Shown here: one piece after another, positions 20,215 through 29,431 of the stretch
How the letters are laid out: every line of letters begins with the position of its first letter
Numbering within the stretch: the stretch's first letter is position 1
Source: a virus
Length of the DNA: 64,000 nucleotides
Reading direction: 5' to 3' (one strand)
Virus record (IMG/VR): IMGVR_UViG_3300045988_034541
Span: 32,511-96,510 of that record
Notes under the pieces: model-generated
What the model was told of the DNA's origin: nothing
Databases searched by the model: none
The model's input: the letters and a program-made list of their open reading frames with translations, nothing else
Made by a program: the position numbers and the translations under genes

Positions 20215-20906
20215 AGTTTACAGTACAAGGGAACACGCCATTCAGTGCACACATTTGCCAATATCTATATGATTTGGAAAGCAACTTTGCTAAGGAGAAA
20301 TTATCATTGCCACTTAGTCAGATTATAGCTCATATCTTATATGGGACTAAGAGAATCAGACTTGGTAATGAAGCTATTCCGTCCGAAGCAATCACTATTT
20401 TGGAAGAATGTATTGAAGCCAATCAGCCAATACCAGTCAATTGTATCTTCGGCAGTTCTGAATCGGAGAAAGACTATGTTGACATTGCTGAATTTCAATC
20501 TCTTCAAACGTTGAAGGATATAAGCAGGAGAGTTGCTAAATTCTACTATCCAGGCTTGAACGTAAGACTAGATGTAGTAGGCGATTCAAAATATGTTAGT
20601 AAGGTGATGAGACTAGCAACAGTCCTGGGTGGTTTTACCATAGGCACACACCAATCAGCTATTAACGTATCATTCGCTCACTACCGGCCAGCACACTATT
20701 ATTATAAGTCTATTCCGTCTCGAAACATTCTACGAGGTGGATATGTTCCAGCTTGGGACGGTAGAGGTTATTTATACTTAGAATCCCCACATGATATTGT
20801 GAGTATGATAACTACAGCTGACAATCCTGACATTCTTTCGACGACTGTGGTGTTAGAAGCAAACGAAGAGACGGTAGACCTTCGTGTAGACTATCTAATA
20901 CCGTAA
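20211..20906 (+). CDS. hypothetical protein
   Basis: 231-aa ORF. Confidence 0.5.
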   Translation: MKFTVQGNTPFSAHICQYLYDLESNFAKEKLSLPLSQIIAHILYGTKRIRLGNEAIPSEAITILEECIEANQPIPVNCIFGSSESEKDYVDIAEFQSLQTLKDISRRVAKFYYPGLNVRLDVVGDSKYVSKVMRLATVLGGFTIGTHQSAINVSFAHYRPAHYYYKSIPSRNILRGGYVPAWDGRGYLYLESPHDIVSMITTADNPDILSTTVVLEANEETVDLRVDYLIP

Positions 20907-21286
20907 ATCCACTATTGACGAATGGTGGTAGCAAAACTTGGTCTGAAGAACCAGTAGACATATTCCGGAGTATGTCTATGACTTAAAGGCTATATCAAAG
21001 AGTTGAAACCTGTATCTATTCGAACAGTAGGAGTTCACCTGATTAAGCATCAGAAAACAGTAGTGCAAATCTACTATAGATATTGTGTAAGAGAGAATCT
21101 ACACGGTCTGCATTATATAATCAGCATGCAGATAGGTCACCAAGCAAACCTCTTTCCTGCCTGGTCAAGTGTGCATTACGGTCTGTAAGTGGCGAGCGGG
21201 TTAACGTATGTCCGATTGCCGTAATGCCGCTTGTTTATTGTTTAGAATAAAGAAAGACTCTCATAACAATAAATTTAAACAAAGAG

Positions 21287-22981
21287 ATGGAAATGAAAGG
21301 AGCACAAAGGCCAAGGAGGCCTTACCCTAATGCCGCACGTCAAAGGCGGGATGAGAATAAACCTAAGTTTGTGGATAATAATCAGTTATTCATAGACCAG
21401 TTTGTTAATCTTAAGAAATGTCTTCAGCCACGTACCTACGTGCAAGTGGCTAAAGATATGTATCCTTTATGGAAAGCTAATCCATTACTATGTACTAAGT
21501 TTACTGCATATACGAGAATGATAACTCGTAAATGTAGAATAATTACCCCGGAAGGAGTTATACAACTTGATACACAGCAAGGAGAAGGTTTGAAGAATGA
21601 AGGTATAATGAGAATGTTGTGGTTGGCAATCTATCACAAACCCACATTCCATGCCAACATTGCTTATTTTGCAGCAGCTGGATGCTGGAAAGATTTCATT
21701 ACTATGATGGCTTTAGATGTTCAACTCCATGGCTTTAAGCACAGATTGGATTGGGACTTCTTCAAGAAAGTCATATTCGCAGGTCTTGCCAACGGTCAGA
21801 CATGTGATTTAGTAAAGAAGTATCTTCCTCGTGTTCGTTCCAGTGTTGCATGTAAGACAGATGAGGCAAAAGCACGTAACACAGTAGCCAAATTCTTGGC
21901 GGAAGGCCTTTATGGTAAACCTAAGGATGAAGGAGACTATTCAACCTATCGTAAATATAGGAAGATGAAGAATAGTGGGAAAGCAGCCCAATGGCAGCAG
22001 TTAATCAGTCAAAAGAAATTCTTGGAAATCGATTTTGACACTGTTACTGGAAAGGCGCTGGCACAGCTAGTAGGCTCTAAATTCCTCAAACATCAAGGTC
22101 TTAAAGAGAAGTATCAGAACTGGTTGAAGAACCGTAAGAAGCCCTCTAATAGCGGATTTCTACATACTCTGTTCAAACCATACGGATTGGATAAAATTGC
22201 CGAAGAGATTCCAGAATTTATGGAAACTTCTATTAATGCAAGTTTCAATGTATTTGTTGATAATGCTAAACGCAATAGAGTAGCTCCGTTGTTGGTAGTA
22301 AGAGATATAAGTCATTCTGCTAATGGTGAGATAGAGAATAGCGAAACATCTGCTTACAGTTTGGGTAAAGCATATGCTTTATATCATTCTGAATTACTTC
22401 CTACAATATTCAAGAACTCCTATGCCGTGTTAGAGGATAACATGGTTCTACGTAAGTTCAAAGGTCAGAATGTCATTGAGAAATGGAAATCTGACAAAGA
22501 AGAAGCATTATGCCAGAATCCTTCTATTATTAATATAGCAGAAATGCTGTGTAAAATGAAAGAAGATTATGGTGTGGATGAAGGAGAGTTCCCTAGAGGC
22601 TGTGTGGTAATTACTAACCATACATATTTTACCAAGTTGAACAACCAAGCATTCGTGGAATTTAAGCAAAGACTGCTTAAAGCAAATTTCAGTAAGGAAT
22701 TTGTAAGAGCATTCAAAGTTATCATTTGGAGAGTTCCTTTAGCATATAAGGGAAGACCTAATGTGGCTTTGGTTCCAGGAGTGTCAAATTGCTTCTTAGT
22801 AAATGGACTTAATAATTCAACATCCTCATTTATTACTGGAGAGAAGAGGTTCCAGGTGCCTAAAACCACTAGAGACATCTTTAAGCATGCTATGAATCAA
22901 GAGTTGCTTAATATGATGATTCTAGAGAAGGATGTTGTCAAGAAGAATGCAAGCGTGCAGAAGAAGCCTGTGAAGGTCTAA
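21287..22981 (+). CDS. hypothetical protein (564 aa)
   Basis: Long ORF; no motif recognised. Confidence 0.55.
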   Translation: MEMKGAQRPRRPYPNAARQRRDENKPKFVDNNQLFIDQFVNLKKCLQPRTYVQVAKDMYPLWKANPLLCTKFTAYTRMITRKCRIITPEGVIQLDTQQGEGLKNEGIMRMLWLAIYHKPTFHANIAYFAAAGCWKDFITMMALDVQLHGFKHRLDWDFFKKVIFAGLANGQTCDLVKKYLPRVRSSVACKTDEAKARNTVAKFLAEGLYGKPKDEGDYSTYRKYRKMKNSGKAAQWQQLISQKKFLEIDFDTVTGKALAQLVGSKFLKHQGLKEKYQNWLKNRKKPSNSGFLHTLFKPYGLDKIAEEIPEFMETSINASFNVFVDNAKRNRVAPLLVVRDISHSANGEIENSETSAYSLGKAYALYHSELLPTIFKNSYAVLEDNMVLRKFKGQNVIEKWKSDKEEALCQNPSIINIAEMLCKMKEDYGVDEGEFPRGCVVITNHTYFTKLNNQAFVEFKQRLLKANFSKEFVRAFKVIIWRVPLAYKGRPNVALVPGVSNCFLVNGLNNSTSSFITGEKRFQVPKTTRDIFKHAMNQELLNMMILEKDVVKKNASVQKKPVKV

Positions 22982-23144
22982 GTATTTCGCGCACCGTTTA
23001 TTTAATAGTTGAATTAATGTTCTGATTGGATAGAAGATAGATTTCATTATGCATGGAGAAGAGCGCATATTTGGTATAGTAATCTTTGTGCATATCTAGT
23101 AACACTAGGTGGGAATTTATTGGATGATTCCATAGGGACTGGAT

Positions 23145-23218
23145 AGAGATATAGTTCAGTGGTAGAACAGCTAAAGTCAATCTTTAGAAGAACATCAGTT
23201 CGAATCTGGTTATCTCTA
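23145..23218 (+). tRNA. tRNA, isotype undetermined (irregular anticodon arm; candidate anticodon CAA)
   Basis: Acceptor agagata/tatctct, D-stem gttc/gaac, T-arm atcag-ttcgaat-ctggt. There is an extra nucleotide between the D and anticodon stems. Confidence 0.5.
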
Positions 23219-23468
23219 CACCATTTTATTAATATGATTCTTTCAACATATGCAGTGTCATTTCTATCTCGACTCATAGTCATTATTACGAGTTAAAGTA
23301 TCTGCAATTGTTGAATAACTACTAAGCTCATCGGTTCGAGAGAATATGTGAGCTTAGTTTAATACCGAGCAAACTTCTATCGTATTTAATACATATTAAC
23401 TTTTACATGTGGGGAAGATTCATTACCTTTGCACTCACAATTCACAGTTAATATGGATTGTGTGATTC

Positions 23469-23552
23469 GGGCACGTAACCGGTAATTGGTAGCCGCGTAG
23501 ACTGTAAATCTACTCCTTAATTGGACTGGAGGTTCGAGTCCTCCCGGGCCCA
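23469..23552 (+). tRNA. tRNA-Tyr(GTA), type II
   Basis: Anticodon arm gtaga-ctgtaaa-tctac, 14-nt variable arm, T-arm ggagg-ttcgagt-cctcc, acceptor gggcacg/cgggccc with one A.G mismatch. Confidence 0.7.
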
Positions 23553-23653
23553 CTCACACTGCGATAATTAAATACAATATCTGTTGAGGTCAAACTCGAC
23601 AAACCCTTCTATGGTTCGAGAGAATAGTAGAAGTAAACTGCGGGATTCGTATA

Positions 23654-23992
23654 ATGGTTATTATAACAGCCTTCCAAGCTGAAGATGACAGTTCAATTCT
23701 GTTATCCCGCTCATTATTAATAATAGATGAGATTATGAAAGAGACATCATTTAAGGCAGGTGTTATTGGTGGATTATGTGGAGTATTTACCTTCTTGGCA
23801 TTATTTGCAACCACAAGTAAAGCATCAATTAATGAGTCTGCTGCTACTAATGGAGATTATAAAATCAACAGAGTGCAGTATGAATTTATTAACGAACTAA
23901 CCATTTATAAGGTATCAGGTCCTGGTATTCCAGGTATTAAGTATGTGCTTAGAGATTCCGAGAAAGGTGGTTTATGTGTATTAAATCCATGA
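23654..23992 (+). CDS. membrane protein
   Basis: 112 aa with a TM segment. Confidence 0.4.
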   Translation: MVIITAFQAEDDSSILLSRSLLIIDEIMKETSFKAGVIGGLCGVFTFLALFATTSKASINESAATNGDYKINRVQYEFINELTIYKVSGPGIPGIKYVLRDSEKGGLCVLNP

Positions 23993-24270
23993 GTGAACAC
24001 TGTCTTATTAAGAAGAATACTCCAGAACTTCGTAAGAAACTAGAGGATGCTGGGTTAAGTGTGTGTATATGTACTACATTTGAGGATGCTGATTGGCTTA
24101 GTTGCTGGGGTTCTCATATGTCATATGATGTACATGGTGTGTATCCGGATGACGTGGACGATTTGTCTAAAGAAGCCTATCTGGAGATGTATCTCAAGGA
24201 AACGAATCCGATTATATGTGAATCGGATGATGAGTTTATTAACATGTGTAAACAAATTAAAGGGAAATGA
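23974..24270 (+). CDS. hypothetical protein
   Basis: 98-aa ORF. Confidence 0.4.
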   Translation: MCIKSMSEHCLIKKNTPELRKKLEDAGLSVCICTTFEDADWLSCWGSHMSYDVHGVYPDDVDDLSKEAYLEMYLKETNPIICESDDEFINMCKQIKGK

Positions 24271-24359
24271 TTATGCGGTAGATTACTTACAAGCCACCAT
24301 AAGATAGTTGATTATTAATTAAGGCAATTTATTTATTAACTTATTAACAATTAACTATC

Positions 24360-24698
24360 ATGGCAACAATTAAACAATTTAAACAAGAAATCGCGAATTT
24401 AGTAAAAGCACAGAAAGCAGCTAAGAATATTAATGACTGCTCATCAGTTTATTACAACAGAGGAAGATTACATGCAATGTATGTAGCTTATTACATATTA
24501 AAGCATAAACTAATCGGAGAAGCTATGAATGAGTATCTAGCTAAAGTTATCAAAGAATGGAAATCACTTGAAACTCAAGGTTGGTGTGGTTATTCTAAGA
24601 TGTATAGTGGAGAGAAGTATTTCCGAGAAAGAGTTGATTCACTGATTGATACATATTCTGATGAAGAGATTGTATGTGCTGATAGACCAGAAGCTTGA
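24360..24698 (+). CDS. hypothetical protein
   Basis: 112-aa ORF. Confidence 0.45.
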   Translation: MATIKQFKQEIANLVKAQKAAKNINDCSSVYYNRGRLHAMYVAYYILKHKLIGEAMNEYLAKVIKEWKSLETQGWCGYSKMYSGEKYFRERVDSLIDTYSDEEIVCADRPEA

Positions 24699-24948
24699 TG
24701 CAGTTTATGGTTGTGTACAAGGAGGTCATGCAGTAGCGCAGTGGTTATTAGAACATCCTAAGCAGGATTGGAATAATAACTATTTAATCTACTTATATGC
24801 AGACTTAGACAAATGGAAAGTAAGATTAGACTTAGTAAATAAGGACTATTCTTCATTCTATGAACCAGACCTTGGTAATCAATTAACAGCAATCGCATTA
24901 CAAGATGACGGTCGCATGTTCAAGAAACTTAAATTAGTAAGAGAATGA
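24646..24948 (+). CDS. hypothetical protein
   Basis: 100-aa ORF overlapping the upstream gene end. Confidence 0.4.
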   Translation: MIHILMKRLYVLIDQKLDAVYGCVQGGHAVAQWLLEHPKQDWNNNYLIYLYADLDKWKVRLDLVNKDYSSFYEPDLGNQLTAIALQDDGRMFKKLKLVRE

Positions 24949-25262
24949 TATACAAACGAGATTATTATGTTAGTGTAGGAGATGACCATGTAGTTATCAC
25001 TAAGAACCCTAATCCTCATTTAACCACATTAGAGGATTTAAAAGACCTCAACAAGAGGTATCTTTACAGAGAAGGGCAGAAGATTCTAACTCCTTTTGGC
25101 ATCGAAACCATTAAGGAGATTATTAGAACTCATAGCAAGCAACGTGGCTACGAATGGTTAATCCTTGTAGAAGAGAATGGAAACCAATATACTCCATTTG
25201 AACTAAATGGCATAGTAGTCAAGGAACTTACACTTGAACAGTGGAATCAAATTATCGAATAG
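24945..25262 (+). CDS. hypothetical protein
   Basis: 105-aa ORF. Confidence 0.45.
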   Translation: MIYKRDYYVSVGDDHVVITKNPNPHLTTLEDLKDLNKRYLYREGQKILTPFGIETIKEIIRTHSKQRGYEWLILVEENGNQYTPFELNGIVVKELTLEQWNQIIE

Positions 25263-25299
25263 TTGATGAGTTGTGGGTAATCTCGTAAAACCCTCATTC

Positions 25300-25371
25300 G
25301 CCCCATTACTTCAGTGGTAGAAGAGCAAATTCTAAACTTGTATGGCGTTGGTTCGAGTCCAACATGGGGCA
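25300..25371 (+). tRNA. suppressor tRNA, anticodon CTA (reads UAG)
   Basis: Canonical cloverleaf: acceptor gccccat/atggggc, D-stem cttc/gaag, anticodon arm gcaaa-ttCTAaa-cttgt, T-arm gttgg-ttcgagt-ccaac. Confidence 0.75.
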
Positions 25372-25373
25372 CT

Positions 25374-25452
25374 TGCGGAGGAATGAAACGGATATATAAA
25401 TCATACTAGTCTCATAAGCTAGTTATATTGGGTTCGACTCCCATCTCCGCAA
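25374..25452 (+). tRNA. tRNA-like, anticodon CAT, with an oversized D-loop (possible pseudogene)
   Basis: Acceptor tgcggag/ctccgca, anticodon arm ctagt-ctCATaa-gctag, weak T-stem; the D-loop is 14 nt and contains tatata. Confidence 0.35.
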
Positions 25453-25552
25453 CTACAATCATTGTACATTTGCATTTTCAAAATGTTAAGAAGACAAACA
25501 GCAATTTCCTGTATGTTGGCATAAGTAAATGAATCTATTGTCTTCTGATGAT

Positions 25553-25626
25553 GGGTGTGTAGCTCAGTCGGTTAGAGCACATCTCTGATAAGGATGAGGT
25601 CCCTGGTTCAATTCCAGGCACACCCA
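25553..25626 (+). tRNA. tRNA-Ile(GAT)
   Basis: gggtgtg ta gctc agtcggttagagc a catct-ctGATaa-ggatg aggtc cctgg-ttcaatt-ccagg cacaccc a. Confidence 0.85.
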
Positions 25627-25728
25627 CAATACAACAATTTTCAATAGCTTTGAATAAGAAGTCTTACAGCACGAAAGAAAGTGTTTCATATTTTATGATT
25701 TTAATTAAACTAAGAGACTTCTGTAGTT

Positions 25729-26589
25729 ATGGGTGTAATTCAGTAGGTAGAATGCTAGGTTTGGGAACTAAACTTTAGAGTATAACATATGGATTATACA
25801 AAATCTAAAGGTAACATTACAGAACTAACCTGCCTTATGGGATTCATGTCAATGGGATTTGATTGCTCAATTCCTTATGGTGATTGTGCCAGATATGACA
25901 TGATAGTAGATACTGGCGATGAACTTCTTAGAGTTCAATGCAAGTCTTCAAGTAATCCTATTAAGAATGGAATTAGAGATTTAGATGCATTTCATTTTAG
26001 TACAGTCACACAGACTACCAACACCAAAGAGACAATTCGTAGGAGATACGATGATGAGCAGATAGATTACTTTGCAACCTGTTACGATAACAAGGTTTAC
26101 CTTGTTCCAGTAAGTGAGTGTTCAACTGACAAGACATTAAGACTCAAACCACCTGCTAACAACAGTGGTGCTTATAACAAAGCAGAGGATTACCTGTTAG
26201 AGAACATGCTAGGACATAAAGTATCTAATTCTTTTGTTAGGAGTTCAGAGGAATCTGAGCCTTTACCTAAAGTTTATATCTGTTCTCAGTGTAACACTAA
26301 CAAAGTCTCTAAGGCTAATGGTATATGTGTAGAGTGTGCTACTAAGAATGCACAGAAGGTCGAGAGACCCACAAGAGAGCAACTAAAAGAATTAATTAGA
26401 TTTAAACCATTTACTCAAATTGGAAAGGACTTTGGAGTCTCAGATAACGCTGTTAGAAAGTGGTGTAAGAGCTACAACCTTCCAACCAAAACGTCAGATA
26501 TTAAATCTATTAACTCTAATGATTGGATAAATCTCTAAAGCATTAGTTCCTAGACCTAGTTGTCGCCAGTTCGAGTCTGGCTACCCATA
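25729..26589 (+). tRNA. split tRNA-Pro(TGG): 5' part 25729-25766, 3' part 26555-26589, separated by a 788-bp insertion in the anticodon loop
   Basis: 5' half: atgggtg ta attc-agtaggta-gaat g ctagg tttggga. 3' half: cctag ttgtc gccag-ttcgagt-ctggc tacccat a. Joined they form a perfect cloverleaf with the insertion at position 37/38. Confidence 0.6.
25789..26538 (+). CDS. endonuclease-like protein (PD-(D/E)XK-like N-terminal domain, C-terminal Cys4 zinc finger plus HTH) inside the split tRNA-Pro
   Basis: The N-terminal region contains YDMIVDTGDELLRVQCK (a D...E.K-like motif). The C-terminal part has CSQC...CVEC and an HTH (GVSDNAVRKWCKSYNL) typical of homing-endonuclease DNA-binding modules. 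Confidence 0.55.
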   Translation: MDYTKSKGNITELTCLMGFMSMGFDCSIPYGDCARYDMIVDTGDELLRVQCKSSSNPIKNGIRDLDAFHFSTVTQTTNTKETIRRRYDDEQIDYFATCYDNKVYLVPVSECSTDKTLRLKPPANNSGAYNKAEDYLLENMLGHKVSNSFVRSSEESEPLPKVYICSQCNTNKVSKANGICVECATKNAQKVERPTREQLKELIRFKPFTQIGKDFGVSDNAVRKWCKSYNLPTKTSDIKSINSNDWINL

Positions 26590-26814
26590 CTCCCCGTGGC
26601 ATCCAAGAGAGGATGCTGATAATCCCATAATAGCAAATATGGACAACTACTCAGTTCGTGAGAATAGAGTAGTTTTAATAAGAACCATAATTAACACAAT
26701 AATATATAGTTTCACTAAACAATCATCAAATCAACTCAACAATCAACCCAACAACTTTTAATTTATGATTTGATTAACCTGTTTCATAGTTAAGCCCATA
26801 AGTCGTATTGATAT

Positions 26815-26886
26815 GTGGGCTTGCCCGAGAGGTTTAGGGGCTGGTCCGCAAAACCAGTTAGGACGGTTCGATTCCGTCAGCCCACT
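26815..26886 (+). tRNA. tRNA-Cys(GCA), with C at position 33
   Basis: Acceptor gtgggct/agcccac, anticodon arm ctggt-ccGCAaa-accag, T-arm gacgg-ttcgatt-ccgtc. Confidence 0.65.
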
Positions 26887-26969
26887 CTCGATTTAGTGAA
26901 ACATAAGAAGGCGTACAGCACTAATCATTGTACAGTTTACATGTTTTTGATAACGCGCCTTCTGCGGAT

Positions 26970-27043
26970 GATTCCGTAGCTCAGCTGGTTAGAGCACGAT
27001 ACTTTTAATATCGGGGTCCTGCGTTCGAATCGCAGCGGAGTCA
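26970..27043 (+). tRNA. tRNA-Lys(TTT)
   Basis: gattccg ta gctc agctggtta gagc a cgata-ctTTTaa-tatcg gggtc ctgcg-ttcgaat-cgcag cggagtc a. Confidence 0.85.
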
Positions 27044-27297
27044 CATATGTACTAAGATTGTACATGATGTCAAAGAACGAGTTTAACCACTCAGTCTGTG
27101 AAGATAGAGTGGTTTATTTAGATTACTTATTTATTGACTAAAACTGATGTATTATGAGACTATTTAAGTTAATTAAGAAAGCAGTTCGTTGGTATTTTAG
27201 AATAGCTGCAAATAGCTATGCTTGGACACCAACAGGAGTAGTTCCTTACCATAGGGATTAACTCCGATGCAATCGGGATAGGTCAATTAAACATTAT

Positions 27298-27369
27298 GGC
27301 AAGTTAGCTCAGTGGTAGAGCAGTTGGCTGTTAACCAATTGGTCGCAGGTTCGAGTCCTGCACTTGCCG
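27298..27369 (+). tRNA. tRNA-Asn(GTT)
   Basis: Acceptor ggcaagt/acttgcc, anticodon arm gttgg-ctGTTaa-ccaat, T-arm gcagg-ttcgagt-cctgc. Confidence 0.85.
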
Positions 27370-27483
27370 CATTATTAACATTAAATTATAAGATTATGCA
27401 TAGTTTTGGTGCTTACATTGTGGGAGCTATAGTGCTAGTAGTACTGTATTATATCTTTAAAGATTCCACAATCTAAAATTGAT

Positions 27484-27558
27484 GCGTCCTTAGCTCAATC
27501 GGTAGAGCCCCTGTCTCCAAAACTGGGTGTGTTGCATGTTCGAGTCGTGCAGGGCGTG
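27484..27558 (+). tRNA. tRNA-Trp(CCA)
   Basis: Acceptor gcgtcct/agggcgt (two G.U pairs), anticodon arm cctgt-ctCCAaa-actgg (one mismatch), T-arm gcatg-ttcgagt-cgtgc. Confidence 0.7.
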
Positions 27559-27568
27559 CTTATTAATT

Positions 27569-27654
27569 GGAAGTATGGCAGAGTTGGTCGATTGCACTGG
27601 TCTTGAAAACCAGAGGTCCTTCGGGGTCCGGGGGTTCGAATCCCTCTGCTTCCT
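27569..27654 (+). tRNA. tRNA-Ser(TGA), type II
   Basis: Anticodon arm ctggt-ctTGAaa-accag, 17-nt variable arm, T-arm ggggg-ttcgaat-ccctc. Confidence 0.8.
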
Positions 27655-27673
27655 CAACTAATTTGAATGTACT

Positions 27674-27997
27674 ATGAAGTTTAAAGTGAAATTAAGGAGA
27701 GTGTCTACGTTAAGTAGAAACCAAATTTGTAGAGTGTACGAATCTGGAATGCGAGTAATGGTGAAACGTCCCACATTAGTTAGAGTCCTTCTTAAGGATT
27801 ACAAAACTAAAGAAGATGTTAATGCTTTACTTGAGCAATTAAGCGAAGCAAGTAGAGCCGCTGAACAGGATTTATATGCAGAGTACCCAAAGTTGCCCAG
27901 AAAGGCTAAGAAGGAACTCAAGAAAAGGTTGAATGCAGTCAATAATGCCTATTGTGTTGGTATTACTTTATTGCTGGCTGAATCAGATGGCTTATAA
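27674..27997 (+). CDS. hypothetical protein
   Basis: 107-aa ORF. Confidence 0.45.
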   Translation: MKFKVKLRRVSTLSRNQICRVYESGMRVMVKRPTLVRVLLKDYKTKEDVNALLEQLSEASRAAEQDLYAEYPKLPRKAKKELKKRLNAVNNAYCVGITLLLAESDGL

Positions 27998-28280
27998 ATT
28001 CATACCTACTCGATATGTAGACAATAACTCCAAGTTGTTGGCAAGAATTTACTTAAATAGGCAAAATTCTCGCCGAGTGGTATTACGAGGATACTATGAT
28101 TTTGATAAAGAGAAGTTTTACATTTCATCTATATCAAAGAAGGCTAATACAAGGTCTGTGATGAAGTTCTTACTAAAGACTATAGAATGTAGTAGATTTC
28201 ATTGGGAGTATTCAGGGAACTATGATGATAAGCTCTATCAAGAGTGGTTAAAGGAACATGCAGTATTTAATAGATTGTAA
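27987..28280 (+). CDS. hypothetical protein (track ORF 27933-28280, trimmed to the internal Met)
   Basis: A start at the MAYKF Met avoids a 65-nt overlap with the upstream gene. Confidence 0.4.
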   Translation: MAYKFIPTRYVDNNSKLLARIYLNRQNSRRVVLRGYYDFDKEKFYISSISKKANTRSVMKFLLKTIECSRFHWEYSGNYDDKLYQEWLKEHAVFNRL

Positions 28281-28329
28281 AATTATCGTATGAAAGGAAT
28301 TAATTTAACAGGATTGGACATGAAGAAGT

Positions 28330-28680
28330 TTGTTGGAACCGGCTACAACCCGTCTCAAGACATTATTAACACTAATGGTAGAGACGATGGAAGAACTAAG
28401 AACGGAGAAACTGAAGGATTCACTAATCCAAAGAAACAAAAGGTGGAGGAACCTAAAGAAAGACCAGAAGTATATTACTAGGATTAAACTCCACGCTGCC
28501 TACTGGTATAATCCAGATAAAACGGCAAGAGGTAGACATTGGACAGAATTATATAATTCTAAATATACGTTTGCCTATAAAACAACCAGTACTCCTTGTA
28601 GTTGTCCTATATGTAAAGGAGAACGCTATAATAGGAGACAGTTTAAGAAAGAGACAAGAGAATTACTTAATCTAGAATAA
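28330..28680 (+). CDS. hypothetical basic protein with C-terminal CxC..CPIC motif
   Basis: 116-aa ORF. Confidence 0.45.
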   Translation: MLEPATTRLKTLLTLMVETMEELRTEKLKDSLIQRNKRWRNLKKDQKYITRIKLHAAYWYNPDKTARGRHWTELYNSKYTFAYKTTSTPCSCPICKGERYNRRQFKKETRELLNLE

Positions 28681-28750
28681 CTGAATGGGTAATATAAGAA
28701 GGCATCAGCACTTTTACTGTGTCATGTAGTTCAATTTGCCTTCTGATGAT

Positions 28751-28823
<73 letters not shown>

Positions 28824-28829
28824 CTAATA

Positions 28830-29141
28830 GTGGTTAACATGATTGGGTTCGTAGAGTATTTAATTAGTAAAGGGTATAAACCTTATCGCAAGGTAATGTC
28901 TAAGAAGGGTTCTACATATGTAGAGGATTCTAATATAGGATTTTATTCTTCTATGTCAGAGCATATTGACCTTCGTCTTATTAAAGGTAAGAAGGAAGTA
29001 GTGTATGGATTACATGAGAGAGGACATTCTCCTACTCTTATATATCCTAGACCTAAATGGGTTAAATCTGATGCAGATATGGATAGACTATTTCTGAATT
29101 ATTCATTTGAAGAAATTGCTGAAATGATAGGTTTAAAATAG
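28830..29141 (+). CDS. hypothetical protein
   Basis: 103-aa ORF. Confidence 0.45.
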   Translation: MVNMIGFVEYLISKGYKPYRKVMSKKGSTYVEDSNIGFYSSMSEHIDLRLIKGKKEVVYGLHERGHSPTLIYPRPKWVKSDADMDRLFLNYSFEEIAEMIGLK

Positions 29142-29328
29142 TGCACAATGAGGAGGGTATGCATGTAGAGTTCTATAACATGCTATGGGTTGGAGTCGGA
29201 GACTGACAAGAACAGTTGGGGCATGACTAAGTAATTGTGCATTTTATAGGTTATCAGACCGGTAGGTAACCTTCCGTAATCAGTCGGACGTTGGGAGCTG
29301 ATAGCCCTACGATAGTGTGGCTAAATAT

Positions 29329-29403
29329 GGGCCTGTAGCTCAGATTGGCTAGAGCATCTGCCTTGCACGCAGAGGGTCGTGAGTTCGAGTCTCATCAGGT
29401 CCA
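29329..29403 (+). tRNA. tRNA-Ala(TGC)
   Basis: gggcctg ta gctc agattggctagagc a tctgc-ctTGCac-gcaga gggtc gtgag-ttcgagt-ctcat caggtcc a. Confidence 0.85.
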
Positions 29404-29431
29404 CAGATTGTTGAACTTAAATTGAAAGGTA

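Noticed and set aside
21003-21188. 61-aa ORF 21003-21188
   Set aside because: It is short, has no RBS, and sits in what looks like a promoter/leader region ahead of the 564-aa gene.
25767-26554. A group I or group II self-splicing intron as the explanation for the tRNA-Pro insertion
   Set aside because: Only about 20 nt of non-coding sequence flank the ORF on each side, which cannot hold a ribozyme core, and the 5' exon does not end in U. This is kept as a remote possibility only if the ribozyme overlaps the coding sequence.
28290-28481. 63-aa ORF overlapping 28330-28680 in another frame
   Set aside because: The longer 116-aa frame has the better coding continuity and ends in a zinc-ribbon-like motif, so the 63-aa ORF is probably spurious.
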